Assembly (NCBI GenBank): GCA_903927265.1
Contig: CAIYMF010000102.1
Span: 47-64,046, forward strand
Source: an uncultured bacterium
GTDB taxonomy: Bacteria > Actinomycetota > Actinomycetes > S36-B12 > CAIYMF01
Reading direction: 5' to 3'
DNA: 64,000 nt
Below the pieces are notes generated by a model that was given only the letters and a program-made list of their open reading frames with translations, was not told where the DNA came from and searched no databases. This document shows, piece by piece, positions 38,294 to 47,964 of this stretch. Within the stretch, counting starts at the first letter, position 1; each line of letters opens with the position of its first letter. The position numbers and the translations under genes were made by a program.

Positions 38294-38353
38294 GGGCATT
38301 CCTTTCACGTGGGCCAGCCGGGTTGCTGGCTGGGGCGGGTGTGTCACCCGGCC

Positions 38354-38770
38354 CTACTGTGCGGCGGCGGACGTGGTGGTTCGCCGCGGTGTTGACCGTC
38401 GCTTCGGGGTTTCCGTCGCTCGGCTTGCTGCGTTTTCGGCCTGGAAGGAGCTGTAGATCTCCAACAGCACACCGCGTTGTCTATCGGTGAGCAGCGGGTC
38501 GGCAACAATCGCCTCACCCACGGAGATGATGGCCGGATGTTCGTCGAGCAGCCCTGCCCGTACATAGAGAGTCTCAGCGGAAATGCGCAGCGCCTTCGCG
38601 ATCTGACCGAGAATCTCGGCGCTGGGATTGCGCAGGCCCCGCTCGACCTGCGACAGATAGGGGTTCGAGACCCCGCTGGACTTGGCCAACTGTCGCAGCG
38701 ACACCTCCGCCGCCTCCCGCTGTTCGCGGATATAGGCACCAAGGGTGGCGACGTCGATTCGTGAACTCAC
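38354..38770 (-). CDS. XRE-family HTH transcriptional regulator
   Basis: SLRQLAKSSGVSNPYLSQVERGLRNPSAEILGQIAKAL. Confidence 0.8.
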   Translation of the reverse strand: MSSRIDVATLGAYIREQREAAEVSLRQLAKSSGVSNPYLSQVERGLRNPSAEILGQIAKALRISAETLYVRAGLLDEHPAIISVGEAIVADPLLTDRQRGVLLEIYSSFQAENAASRATETPKRRSTPRRTTTSAAAQ

Positions 38771-38787
38771 ACCTCAATGATAACCCG

Positions 38788-38819
38788 AGAGTGCTTGCAA
38801 TTGCAAACAGAGTGCTTGC
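38788..38819. promoter_or_regulatory. operator-like element upstream of the XRE gene
   Basis: Perfect 12-bp palindrome TTGCAATTGCAA (38795-38806), flanked by the direct repeat AGAGTGCTTGC (38788-38798 and 38809-38819). Confidence 0.45.
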
Positions 38820-38832
38820 TGCAGCGAGCGGG

Positions 38833-39396
38833 CTACTGGATCGTCGGGGGTTGTACTCGCGCCAGCACGTCGTCAACGGACACGAGGCCTTCGCGGTAGC
38901 GACGGGCCAACTCAGTCGCGCAGGCATCGGCAACCTGCTGCACTTCGCGCCGTACGTCAGAGACCTCGGCCTCGTGCGCCCTCAACGCGACGAGCGACTC
39001 AACGAGTTCCTCGTCACTGCGATTGCTGACATCAGAAACCACCGCATCGGCAATTGCTTGCTCGACAAGGCGGCGGTGCTCGTCGACGCGACTGGGCTGC
39101 ACCGTGATGTGACGGCCGGCGCCGTGCGTCGTGCGCTGAGGATCGGCCAAAATTTCGGCCAATCGGCTGACGAGGTCACCCTCACCTGGAGTGGTTCGCC
39201 GCTCGATCTCGGCGCGCACAATGTCCATGCGGCCATGCAGCATGCGCCGCAGGTAGGACAGGTCGGCCTCTTCTTGCTCCGCCTCATGTCGTCGTGCCCG
39301 TAGTTCGTCGATTGGCAGCTCAGTGAGGTCATTGAGGTAGTCGTCGGCCAGCACCTTGTCGACGCGGCGCTGACCACCGGACTGTGGGCGGGTCAT
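38833..39396 (-). CDS. RsiG-like anti-sigma factor homologue (c-di-GMP-binding coiled-coil family)
   Basis: Two ExxxSxxRxxx(Q/H)xxxD motifs: EADLSYLRRMLHGRMD and EAEVSDVRREVQQVAD. Confidence 0.55.
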   Translation of the reverse strand: MTRPQSGGQRRVDKVLADDYLNDLTELPIDELRARRHEAEQEEADLSYLRRMLHGRMDIVRAEIERRTTPGEGDLVSRLAEILADPQRTTHGAGRHITVQPSRVDEHRRLVEQAIADAVVSDVSNRSDEELVESLVALRAHEAEVSDVRREVQQVADACATELARRYREGLVSVDDVLARVQPPTIQ

Positions 39397-40247
39397 CGCG
39401 TACGACCCGAACGACGATCGACGATGCCGAGCATTGCTCGCGCCTCCTCGGGAGTCAGTGCCGGCCTCATGGCCGTGTCAGCAAGGCTAGCCGCTCGAGC
39501 AACTAATTCGGAGTTATCCACGACCGGCCGCCCGGCCGCAAACGTGAGCGTGTCTTCCATCCCGACTCGAAGGTGCCCACCAGCGGCGAGCGAACCGAGC
39601 ATCACGGGCATGCTCCAGCGTCCCACACCGGTGGCTGACCACGTGGCCCCTTCGGGAAGGGCCTGAACGGCGGCCACCATCGCCTCAAGCGTGGCTGGCA
39701 TCCCGCCGGGAACGCCCATCACGAGGTCAGCGTGCACCGAGCCGCCCGCTGGCGGACCGTACTTGTCGAGCAACCGCTTCATCGAGGTGACCTGCCCGAG
39801 GTCGAAGATTTCGAACTCAGGCACGATCTGTCGCTGCTGCGTCTGCTGATACAGCTCGACCATGAAAGGCCACGGATTGAGAAACACGTCATCGCCGAAA
39901 TTTACGGTGCCACACGACAGCGAGCAGGAATCAGGATTGGCATCAAGAACTGCCAGTCGAGCCTCAAGAGAGTCGTGCACCGAGCCGCCCGTCGACACCT
40001 GAACCACCAGATCCGTGGCCTCACGCAGGCCATCAACCGCGGCAGTCACGCGCCCGAGATCAAGGGTTGGCTGACCCTGGCCGTCACGAACATGCACGTG
40101 GATGAGCCCCGCTCCCGCGCTCTGGCAGGCTCGTCCCGTCTCGATCAGCGATTCAACGGTCACCGGCAGGCCTGGAGCCTGCGAGGGGTCGCTCTCTGCC
40201 CCTGTGGGGGCTACGGTGATGAGGGTCCCTTGCGCCATGGCCACCAT
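39393..40247 (-). CDS. 3-keto-5-aminohexanoate cleavage enzyme family (BKACE/DUF849)
   Basis: ITVAPTGAES..., IHVHVRD..., and the CGTVNFGD pattern. ATGA overlap with the downstream RsiG-like gene. Confidence 0.75.
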   Translation of the reverse strand: MVAMAQGTLITVAPTGAESDPSQAPGLPVTVESLIETGRACQSAGAGLIHVHVRDGQGQPTLDLGRVTAAVDGLREATDLVVQVSTGGSVHDSLEARLAVLDANPDSCSLSCGTVNFGDDVFLNPWPFMVELYQQTQQRQIVPEFEIFDLGQVTSMKRLLDKYGPPAGGSVHADLVMGVPGGMPATLEAMVAAVQALPEGATWSATGVGRWSMPVMLGSLAAGGHLRVGMEDTLTFAAGRPVVDNSELVARAASLADTAMRPALTPEEARAMLGIVDRRSGRTR

Positions 40248-40425
40248 CGTGTCACGCGGTGGCGCGAACGCAAGGGGTGGGCAGTGACCTGTCGGTTTCG
40301 ACGGATTACCGCACGGGGAAGATTCTCAGGGTGATGGACTTAACTCCCTCGAGCGGAGTGCCGAAAGACTGTAATGACGGGGTTTCCGTCGGCAGACGGT
40401 GACACGATGAGGGAGGGACGGTGCG

Positions 40426-41712
40426 GTGTACGACACTCAGGCTCAAACCGCGCCGTGGCCAGAAGACGAGCAACCGATGAGCGATTCTCACGCCGGGCCT
40501 CCGGCCGAGCATGCTGACGCCCCCGACCCCGGGTTCGATGGCGTCACAGTTGACGCTGCCCAAGCGCACGCGGCCCCCTCGGATGCTGAAGGAATCATCC
40601 TCGGATTTGCGGCCCAAGAAGCCAGCGGTTGTCTGACCATCAGCAACGCATCCGGTGACGAAGGTCTGGTGTGGTTCCGCGACGGACAGGTGTACGCAGC
40701 CTCCGTACCCGGCCGTCGCCCACTGCTGGGCGTGCGACTGGTGACGGCTGGAGCCATCAGCCCTGATCAACTCAATGCCGCCCTTGAACTGCAGCGCAGC
40801 GAAATGCATGCCGCCCGCCTCGGTGAAGTACTCGTGCATCTACACCTAGTCAATCGTCGCGTCATCGAAGCGTTCGCACTTGAGCAGCAGCGCGACATGC
40901 TCGCCGACCTCTTGGGCTGGAACGTCACGAACCACTGGTTCCGCAATGGCGCTCGCACCCGCACCGATCTCGCACCGTTTACCGATGTTGCTGAATTGAT
41001 CGAACAGGCACATGCGCGCCAACGCCAGTGGCCATTGGTGGTCGACGAAATCGGCGGCGCCGACGTCGTGCCACTGCCAACGGGAACTCCGCCCCACGCC
41101 ACGTTGAGCTCCAGCGAGCGCACCGTACTCGGGCATGTCGACGGTGTTCGCACCTTGGTCGACATCGCCGACGACTGTGGTTACACCCTGTTTGAAGCTG
41201 CTGACGTCATTCTCGGCTTGGCGGCCGCGGGGCTCGTGACGACCGCTACTGACCTTCTGCACGACCCTCGACCCACCGGTTTTCCTTCGCTGGTCGATGA
41301 CCCCTTCGAGCCGTTGGCTGAAGTACTTCCACTGCATCTGGTCACTGAGGGGTCAGAGGAACCTGCACCGGTCTACGACGAATCCCCCAGTTTCATGGAG
41401 GCCGAGCCCACTTCCGCCGCGTTCATCGATGCACCAGTCGACGAAGCACCCGCGTACGAGGCGCCGCACGAGCCGATCGTCGAAGCCCCCCTCATCGAGT
41501 CGATTCCGCTGGCTCCTGAGCCTGCCTTGACCTTCGAACCCGCGGTGACCGCCGAGCCGATTCCTTCGACTTTCAGCGAACTACCCCCGCCGAGCGCAGC
41601 ACCCTTCCAATCGGCCGACGACGATCAGAACGACGAGCACAACGTCGAACCTGCCGACACTGCAGCCCTGATGCGCGAACTCACCAGTATGGGTCTGCGC
41701 GACGAAAACTGA
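40426..41712 (+). CDS. DUF4388-domain protein with acidic/Pro-rich C-terminal tail
   Basis: GCLTISNASGDEGLVWFRDGQVYAAS is a DUF4388-like N-terminus. The tail is low-complexity (PAP/EAP-rich). Confidence 0.55.
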   Translation: MYDTQAQTAPWPEDEQPMSDSHAGPPAEHADAPDPGFDGVTVDAAQAHAAPSDAEGIILGFAAQEASGCLTISNASGDEGLVWFRDGQVYAASVPGRRPLLGVRLVTAGAISPDQLNAALELQRSEMHAARLGEVLVHLHLVNRRVIEAFALEQQRDMLADLLGWNVTNHWFRNGARTRTDLAPFTDVAELIEQAHARQRQWPLVVDEIGGADVVPLPTGTPPHATLSSSERTVLGHVDGVRTLVDIADDCGYTLFEAADVILGLAAAGLVTTATDLLHDPRPTGFPSLVDDPFEPLAEVLPLHLVTEGSEEPAPVYDESPSFMEAEPTSAAFIDAPVDEAPAYEAPHEPIVEAPLIESIPLAPEPALTFEPAVTAEPIPSTFSELPPPSAAPFQSADDDQNDEHNVEPADTAALMRELTSMGLRDEN

Positions 41713-41714
41713 CG

Positions 41715-42734
41715 TCAGCCGATAATGATCGGCTGCTGCGATGCACTGATTCCGTCGGCCACAAGCACGGCCTCGATCGGAATCGACCTCTTGACCAATG
41801 CCAAGGCGATGGGACCCAGTTCGTGGTGTCGCGCCGCAGAACCCACCGTGCCCACACCCTTATCGCCAAGGGTCACCAAAGAACCCTGCGCCGGTAGCCG
41901 CTCCTCGGTGCCGTCGAGGTGCAGCAGCACCAGTCGCCGCGGTGGACGGCCCAGGTTGTGGGTACGGGCTACCGTTTCCTGACCTCGGTAGCACCCCTTA
42001 CTCAAGTGCACCGCCGACCCCAGCCACCCCACTTCGTTCGGGATCGTGCGCGTGTCGGTATCGAGTCCCACCCTCGGAACCCCGGCGGCAATGCGCAGCG
42101 CTTCAAGCGCCCACGTGCCAGCGGGCGGTCCGGCACTGTCAAGAAAGGCGTCGAGTTCAGCACGACCGACGATGACTTCGCGGCCCACCAGAAGTGCAGG
42201 GCGCTCGGCTAACAGGCGATTCCACTCGCCCCCCGCATCGGGCGTCGGCAGACCCGCGAATGCTTCAGGAACCAGCCAGGTGGGGTGGTTGTCGTCGACG
42301 ACCCGCACAGGCTGCCACACCACGGAGTAGTCGGCGGAGACATCACTCACCTCAACCCGCAGCATGAAGCGCATGGAGTCTAGGAACGAATGCACCTGCT
42401 GAGTGGCGTTCGACTCGGTAGTAATCCAGGTGACCTCGCCGTCATCAACGATGTGCAGCTCGTGCTCAACGCGACCATGCGGATCGAGAAGCAACGACAG
42501 GACCGACTCGCCCGGCTGCAGGTGTTCAATGGCTTGACTGAGCAACGAGTGCAGCCAACTCAGTCGGTCGGCGCCAGCCACCGTCAGCACGCCACGTTGA
42601 GACAGGTCGACGTACCCAACACCCGCCTCCAGACGGCGCTGTTCACGATGCGGATCGCCGTAGTGCCACGCGACTGCGGCATCAGGGTGGTTCGGGTCCG
42701 GATGCGGAATACCCTGACTCAGCAAGGCGGTCAT
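41715..42734 (-). CDS. ygfZ: folate-binding protein YgfZ (GcvT-like)
   Basis: KGCYRGQETVARTHNLGRPPRRLVLLHLDG is the YgfZ signature. ATG 42734 gives an ATGA overlap with the fur-family stop. Confidence 0.8.
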   Translation of the reverse strand: MTALLSQGIPHPDPNHPDAAVAWHYGDPHREQRRLEAGVGYVDLSQRGVLTVAGADRLSWLHSLLSQAIEHLQPGESVLSLLLDPHGRVEHELHIVDDGEVTWITTESNATQQVHSFLDSMRFMLRVEVSDVSADYSVVWQPVRVVDDNHPTWLVPEAFAGLPTPDAGGEWNRLLAERPALLVGREVIVGRAELDAFLDSAGPPAGTWALEALRIAAGVPRVGLDTDTRTIPNEVGWLGSAVHLSKGCYRGQETVARTHNLGRPPRRLVLLHLDGTEERLPAQGSLVTLGDKGVGTVGSAARHHELGPIALALVKRSIPIEAVLVADGISASQQPIIIG

Positions 42735-43204
42735 GACAGCGTCGTCGCCGCGCGGCAATCGGCGCACCGACCGTGCACTGAGAAGTGGGTGATGTCGGTG
42801 TCGAAGCCCACCTGCTCGTTCAGTACGCGCACAAAGGGCTCAGCGACATCGACGTGAATGCTGATGACTTCTCCACACGCATCGCACACCAAATGAATGT
42901 GTGCTTCCTCTTCAACTGCGTGGTAGGTCGGAGCACCGTGACCGATGTGCGCGTGGCTGACGAGGCCGACTTCTTCGAGCACTTCTAGAGTTCGGTAAAT
43001 CGTTGAAAGATTCACGCCCGCAGCTGTGCGCTGCACTTCGACGAGAAGTTCATCCGGTGTTGCGTGACGCAGCGTCTCGACTGCTTCGAGCACCAATTGC
43101 CGCTGCGGAGTGATGCGGTACCCGCGTGCACGCAGACGCCGCTCCCACTCACCTGAGTCGGTCGAGGGTCGCGCATGGTCGTGTGTGTGCACGTGCTCTG
43201 TCAT
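42731..43204 (-). CDS. Fur family transcriptional repressor
   Basis: RITPQRQLVLE..., H.H...HG..., and the paired Cys motifs CDACG / HGRCADC. ATG 43204 is preferred (ATGA overlap upstream). Confidence 0.85.
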   Translation of the reverse strand: MTEHVHTHDHARPSTDSGEWERRLRARGYRITPQRQLVLEAVETLRHATPDELLVEVQRTAAGVNLSTIYRTLEVLEEVGLVSHAHIGHGAPTYHAVEEEAHIHLVCDACGEVISIHVDVAEPFVRVLNEQVGFDTDITHFSVHGRCADCRAATTLS

Positions 43205-43734
43205 GACACCGCCTTCAGTGTGGCCGAGAGGTGCGAGGTGAGGGGATGGCCGACCGCCGCCATGTCGAAAGCCCACAGCAAGTCGCCATCGACCAATCCG
43301 TACAGTCGCTGACCGGCCGTGTAGTCCTTCGCGGTCGCGGTGCGCGCCACCACATCACTGCGCAGTTCAACTTTCGCACCGGTGATGCGCGCATCCTGAA
43401 TCGAATTGACGGTGACTTCGCCAACCCACACTTCGGCATAACCGGTGGGGTGCGCGAGCAACAGTTCGACTCGGTTATCGGGTGCCGGGCGCCAGAAGCC
43501 GGTCTCGGTTGCCAGCGGGCGCACCTGATTTCCGTCGTCGTCAAGCAACCACGAGCGTGACCAGTAGGTCAGGAACGGGCGACCATCGTGAGTCACGATG
43601 ATCTCTTGGCCGAAACGAAACTCCGGAACCGTCGGGTAACCGCCCACGCCGACTCCCGCCCAGCGGCCGATCAGCCACGACAGCGGTACGAGCGAGTCGG
43701 CAACCTTGGGAGTTGCTTCTTCCGTCATTCCCAC
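43201..43734 (-). CDS. nitrobindin/FABP-like (DUF1794) beta-barrel protein
   Basis: LSWLIGRWAGVGVGGYPTVPEFRFGQEI is the nitrobindin N-terminal signature. Confidence 0.7.
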   Translation of the reverse strand: MGMTEEATPKVADSLVPLSWLIGRWAGVGVGGYPTVPEFRFGQEIIVTHDGRPFLTYWSRSWLLDDDGNQVRPLATETGFWRPAPDNRVELLLAHPTGYAEVWVGEVTVNSIQDARITGAKVELRSDVVARTATAKDYTAGQRLYGLVDGDLLWAFDMAAVGHPLTSHLSATLKAVS

Positions 43735-43764
43735 AGGGTACCGACCTCGCCCTCACGTCATGCG

Positions 43765-44130
43765 TTAGTAGATGAGTGCTTGCGCACCTTCGGCAAGTGC
43801 TTCCTCGACGAACGTGGGGGCACCGGCGATGCGCACACCCTCGATCAGGTCTGACTGTTCGAGTTTGCGTCGCAGTGCACATTGCGTGCACACCGTGAGG
43901 CTTCCCATGGCCAGCACTGCGTCCCGGAGTTCGGCGAACGGCGCTCCACCCTCCAGCACCACTGCCTCGGCGCGGCCCGGTACCGCAAGCCACACTGCGT
44001 CACCGGTGAGCCACACCGAGACGGGTGCCCCCGCGGATGCCGCGGTGACGGCCACCGTGAACGCCTGCGACGCGCGCTCAACGTTCTCGTCGGTGCCAGT
44101 GGTGCACTTGATAACAAGGGATCTAGTCAT
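43765..44130 (-). CDS. DsrE/DsrF-like sulfur-relay family protein
   Basis: 121 aa. The pattern LVIKCTTG...VSVWLTGDAVWL...CTQC fits the DsrE fold. Confidence 0.6.
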   Translation of the reverse strand: MTRSLVIKCTTGTDENVERASQAFTVAVTAASAGAPVSVWLTGDAVWLAVPGRAEAVVLEGGAPFAELRDAVLAMGSLTVCTQCALRRKLEQSDLIEGVRIAGAPTFVEEALAEGAQALIY

Positions 44131-44612
44131 GCACGCAATCTACGCGCTAGTAAGTAGATCTCACACCCGAGGCAGAAGTTGAAAGCCGCATTAAGGAACG
44201 CGGCTGCGAGCGCGAGCCCGATTGCCACCTGCCCCACCAGTGTGGCTCCCAGCAGGTACGAGATCAGGCCGACGACAGCGAAGAGGAAGCCGACGAGCTG
44301 CGCGAAACGCGGCGGTGCTGGATCTTCGAGTTCGGCGGGCGGTCCAAGTCGCGGCCGCACCACCTTGCGGTAGAGCACCCCGTACGGCTGCGCACCGAGG
44401 CCGACGAAAGCACCGAGGCCGAAGACGACGGTTTGCCAGGCGATGACGGCAGTGCCCAGGAGGCTGGATCCGGCCAGCAGGGCGACCGCAAGGGCGATCA
44501 CGGTAATCGCGGCACCGAAACGCGGGCCACGCGGATCGATTCCAGTCGGTGTGGTGACCGAGGCAGTAGTGGATGTTGCGGTAGTCATGGGGGTCTCCTG
44601 TCGGGTGGGCAC
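44127..44612 (-). CDS. DUF4395 membrane protein
   Basis: GIDPRGPRFGAAIT... with 4 TM segments and the C-terminal NAAFNFCLGCEIY motif. Confidence 0.6.
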   Translation of the reverse strand: MPTRQETPMTTATSTTASVTTPTGIDPRGPRFGAAITVIALAVALLAGSSLLGTAVIAWQTVVFGLGAFVGLGAQPYGVLYRKVVRPRLGPPAELEDPAPPRFAQLVGFLFAVVGLISYLLGATLVGQVAIGLALAAAFLNAAFNFCLGCEIYLLARRLRA

Positions 44613-44768
44613 GAACGGACGCCCACCGAGCGGTGGGCACGCGGTCAGCGCAGGTGACAGGAACCGGACGCAAGGCGCCCGAAGTCGACAGTGCGGCGCT
44701 TAGTAAGCGCGGGCTGGCGACTGATCATGGACAAAACGATAGGTGAGAACGACTACGTCTCACAGGTC

Positions 44769-44785
44769 TGTCCACATTGTGGACA
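44769..44785. promoter_or_regulatory. 17-bp perfect palindrome upstream of the DUF4395-DsrE-nitrobindin-fur gene string
   Basis: TGTCCACA-T-TGTGGACA lies in the 225-bp lower-GC gap between 44612 and 44838. Confidence 0.4.
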
Positions 44786-44837
44786 TGGGCTGCGTCGGTC
44801 ATGCAAGTGCGGGGGATTACCCGCGAACGGCCGTCAC

Positions 44838-45275
44838 CTAGTCGATGACGTCGCCAAGCGCGGCGACCACGTCAGCGGTTCGGGGTGCACCAACAGCCCG
44901 CCGACGAATGCGCCCGGTTGAATCGAGCACCACAATCGTGGGCGTGCGCATCACATCAAGGCGGCGAACAAGATCAAGATGCGACTCAGCGTCGATCTCG
45001 ACGTGCGTGACCCCCTCAACCATTCCGGTGACTTCGCCGAGGGTGCGACGGGCAGCACGACACGGTTGGCAGAAGGCGGTGGAAAACTGAACGAGAGTCG
45101 CGCGTTCGCCGAGCGGCTCGCCGATATCGGCAGCGCTCAACACCTCGCCGTCGTGGGTCGGCGCGTCGGATACCGGATCAACGCCCTTGATATGACCATC
45201 AGTGAACCGGCGATACAGCCCGAAAGCAGTGGCGGCGATCAGCACCACCACGAGAATTCCAAGTCCGGTGGTCAC
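44838..45275 (-). CDS. membrane-anchored thioredoxin-fold protein
   Basis: N-terminal TM segment. FSTAFCQPCR is a CxxC motif. Confidence 0.75.
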   Translation of the reverse strand: MTTGLGILVVVLIAATAFGLYRRFTDGHIKGVDPVSDAPTHDGEVLSAADIGEPLGERATLVQFSTAFCQPCRAARRTLGEVTGMVEGVTHVEIDAESHLDLVRRLDVMRTPTIVVLDSTGRIRRRAVGAPRTADVVAALGDVID

Positions 45276-46135
45276 GAGGTTTCACCACCGGCCATTGACA
45301 GTGCCCACGCGCAGATACGGTCGAGTAACTCGTCGTCGACCGCAGCCTCCGCATGCGCGAAACCTGGTTCGATCCACAGATCGATTGCCGGCTCAAACCC
45401 TCGGTCACGAGCACCTTGAACAGCGCCCCGATGCACCGCTTCTGGGTGTTCCAACGGAAAGTAGGTATCGGCATCACCGTGCACCAGCAGGAAGGGAATC
45501 GGGGCAAGGTACGCGGCCGCTTCTTCCGGGCTGTAGCCGAGTTCGTCTGCTTCCCAGTCGCCGACGTCGACGCGTGTGTGTGAGACGCGCGCCAGCACCG
45601 CGCGACCGACGGGAGTTGATACTGCGCGATGCACCAGTCGCATCGGCGCCGTTCCACGGTAGAACCAGAACGCCGTGCCGCTCACTGACACCACCGCGTC
45701 AGGGGCGTTCTCGGCGGTGAGCGCCAACGGCCCTCGGTCAGTCGTGCGAGTGAGTGCTGCCTGGCGCACCGCGATGGCCGATCCCATCGAAAAGCCTAGG
45801 CTCACCACTTTCCGATGCCCTTGATCACGTGCCCACGCAATGGCCGCATCGAGGTCGAGCACCTCGCGCATACCGAGCGAACTGGTACCCCCCGATGAAC
45901 CGTGGCCGCGATAGTCCAGGTCGACTACAGCGAGATGCTGATTGAGTCGTTCAGCAACGCGCAGATTGTCAGCCTTCGCGCGGAATCCAGTGAATCCATG
46001 ACCAACAACGATCACCGGTTCGCACGGGGCACCCTGCGGAGATGGTCGATATGTCACACAAATATCGACTCCGTCAGTGGTCAGCAGGCGCCCCTCGCGA
46101 GGGCTCGCGGGAACACCGGCGGCTGGGGACTTCAC
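45272..46135 (-). CDS. alpha/beta hydrolase
   Basis: HGFTG..., GFSMGSA nucleophile elbow, and LVHGDAD. Confidence 0.75.
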   Translation of the reverse strand: MKSPAAGVPASPREGRLLTTDGVDICVTYRPSPQGAPCEPVIVVGHGFTGFRAKADNLRVAERLNQHLAVVDLDYRGHGSSGGTSSLGMREVLDLDAAIAWARDQGHRKVVSLGFSMGSAIAVRQAALTRTTDRGPLALTAENAPDAVVSVSGTAFWFYRGTAPMRLVHRAVSTPVGRAVLARVSHTRVDVGDWEADELGYSPEEAAAYLAPIPFLLVHGDADTYFPLEHPEAVHRGAVQGARDRGFEPAIDLWIEPGFAHAEAAVDDELLDRICAWALSMAGGETS

Positions 46136-46182
46136 AGTGAACTATCCTGTCACCACAGAGATTGGTGTTTTGAGGAGGTGCA

Positions 46183-46923
46183 ATGTCGACGCTTCTACTG
46201 CTCACGTCAACCCTTGACGCCTCCACCACGGTGGTTCCTTCGCTTGGTCTGCTCAACCACCACGTACGCGTGCTGCCAGCTGAGGCAAGTGCACTCCTCG
46301 ATGCTCCCTCAGCCGACGTGCTACTCGTTGACGGTCGTCGCGACTTGGCCAGCGCGCGCAGTCTGTGCCGGCTGATTCGCACCACCGGAATTGACATTCC
46401 CCTGCTACTCGTCACCACCGAGGGTGGCCTTGTCGGCGTCTCCTCCGACTGGGGCATCGATGACTTTGTCCTTGAGTCGGCCGGCCCGGCCGAACTCGAC
46501 GCGCGGCTGCGGCTGGCCATCGGACGTCTGGTTGTCGACGAGGAAGCAAGTGGTGAGATTCGCAGCGGCGATGTGGTGATCGACGAGCACAGTTACACCG
46601 CACGCCTACGCGGTCGGGCGCTCGATCTCACCTTCAAGGAATTTGAACTACTCAAATTCCTGGCTCAGCACCCCGGACGAGTGTTCTCGCGAGCGCAGCT
46701 GTTGCAGGAGGTGTGGGGTTACGACTACTTCGGAGGTACGCGCACCGTCGACGTTCATGTGCGACGACTGCGCGCCAAACTCGGAGTCGAACACGAGTCG
46801 CTCATTGGCACCGTGCGCAACGTGGGCTACCGGTTCGTTCCGCAGAAGCCAGATGAGGCAACCCTCGCGACGCTCGACGATGGCGAGCACCTCGAAGCGT
46901 CCACGACGGCGTCACGGTTGTGA
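46183..46923 (+). CDS. glnR: GlnR-type orphan OmpR-family regulator
   Basis: MSTLLLLTS...[10 protein letters not shown]...[10 protein letters not shown]...[21 protein letters not shown] closely follows the actinobacterial GlnR pattern. Located directly upstream of mshD, as in Mtb Rv0818/Rv0819 (recalled). Confidence 0.7.
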   Translation: MSTLLLLTSTLDASTTVVPSLGLLNHHVRVLPAEASALLDAPSADVLLVDGRRDLASARSLCRLIRTTGIDIPLLLVTTEGGLVGVSSDWGIDDFVLESAGPAELDARLRLAIGRLVVDEEASGEIRSGDVVIDEHSYTARLRGRALDLTFKEFELLKFLAQHPGRVFSRAQLLQEVWGYDYFGGTRTVDVHVRRLRAKLGVEHESLIGTVRNVGYRFVPQKPDEATLATLDDGEHLEASTTASRL

Positions 46924-47891
46924 CGATGGCCGGCGACGAACGCTGGCTCGACGACGTCTCTGACCTCGAGCACGACGACGTGCACGCGGTGCTTCATCTA
47001 ATCGATCAGGTCACTGACGCCGATGGTGTGAGGCCGTTGGATGAGCACGCACTGCTACACATCCGGCGCGGTGGAGACGTGGGGGCACGCCACCTGCTTG
47101 AGTGGAACCGATCAACTTCCGATGAACCAGCGCAGCTCGTGGGGTACCTCCACCTCGATTCCACCGACGAGGTCGCAGGGCCGGTTGCCGAACTCGCCGT
47201 GCATCCAGAGTTTCGTCGGCACGGAATCGGTCGGAATCTGGTGCAGGCGATCATTGATCAAAGTTCCGACGGCCAGATGCGGTTGTGGGCTCACGGTGAG
47301 AGCACGGCATCGGCCCATTTGGCGGGCTCGATGGGGTTCACGTCGACTCGCGTGCTCTGGCAGATGCGGCGTTCACTGTCAGCGGCGCTTCCACGACTGG
47401 TACTTCCCGACGGCGTACGCATTCGCGCATTCAATCCCGGCCACGACGACGACGCGTGGGTGGCGGTCAATGCCCGCGCGTTCGAAAACCACCCCGATCA
47501 GGGTCGCTGGACCATCGACGATCTCCGTTTGCGCATGCGCGAACCGTGGTTCGATCCGACGGGTTTCTTACTGGCTGTGACGGGTGCCGGAGCTGACGAG
47601 CAGATCGTCGCGTTCCACTGGACCAAGGTGCACGGAAGTAATGACCACGGGCACGGACACGGACACGCACAACTCGGAGAGGTGTTTGTGGTGGGAGTCG
47701 ACCCCGAGTGGCAGCGCAAGAGCCTCGGGCGGTCGCTGACGGTCGCGGGTCTGGCGCACCTGCGATCGCGCGGCCTCGACCAAGCAATGCTCTACGTCGA
47801 CGCGCGCAACACCAACGCCATCAAGGTGTACGAGTCACTGGGGTTTGCGCGATGGGACACCGACGTTCTGTTTACTCGCGTCCCCTCGTAG
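46920..47891 (+). CDS. mshD: mycothiol synthase (tandem GNAT)
   Basis: Two GNAT halves ([14 protein letters not shown] and [14 protein letters not shown]). The C-terminus is ...[11 protein letters not shown]. Confidence 0.85.
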   Translation: MTMAGDERWLDDVSDLEHDDVHAVLHLIDQVTDADGVRPLDEHALLHIRRGGDVGARHLLEWNRSTSDEPAQLVGYLHLDSTDEVAGPVAELAVHPEFRRHGIGRNLVQAIIDQSSDGQMRLWAHGESTASAHLAGSMGFTSTRVLWQMRRSLSAALPRLVLPDGVRIRAFNPGHDDDAWVAVNARAFENHPDQGRWTIDDLRLRMREPWFDPTGFLLAVTGAGADEQIVAFHWTKVHGSNDHGHGHGHAQLGEVFVVGVDPEWQRKSLGRSLTVAGLAHLRSRGLDQAMLYVDARNTNAIKVYESLGFARWDTDVLFTRVPS

Positions 47892-47906
47892 CACACCCCT
47901 TCTTTT

Positions 47907-47944
47907 CGCATGGGGGGACATTGAGCACGCATAGAGGCAGTTTT
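47907..47944. repeat. left arm of a perfect 38-bp inverted repeat
   Basis: cgcatggggggacattgagcacgcatagaggcagtttt. Its exact reverse complement occurs at 48729-48766. Similarity extends about 8 nt further inward (one indel, one mismatch). Confidence 0.95.
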
Positions 47945-47964
47945 TCTACCCCATCATTCCGCGG

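Noticed and set aside
40245-40409. 11-bp inverted repeat catcgtgtcac / gtgacacgatg spanning the kce-DUF4388 intergenic region; a possible riboswitch or long hairpin
   Set aside because: An 11-bp match within ~150 bp is expected by chance a few times in 64 kb. One arm lies inside the BKACE coding sequence, and I recognised no known riboswitch core.
44723-44839. 38-codon CxxC...CxC mini-ORF (MDKTIGENDYVSQVCPHCGHGLRRSCKCGG...) inside track ORF 44691..44921
   Set aside because: No Shine-Dalgarno sequence. The Cys codons derive from the 17-bp palindrome itself. The longer track ORF runs antisense into the thioredoxin gene. More likely a regulatory spacer.
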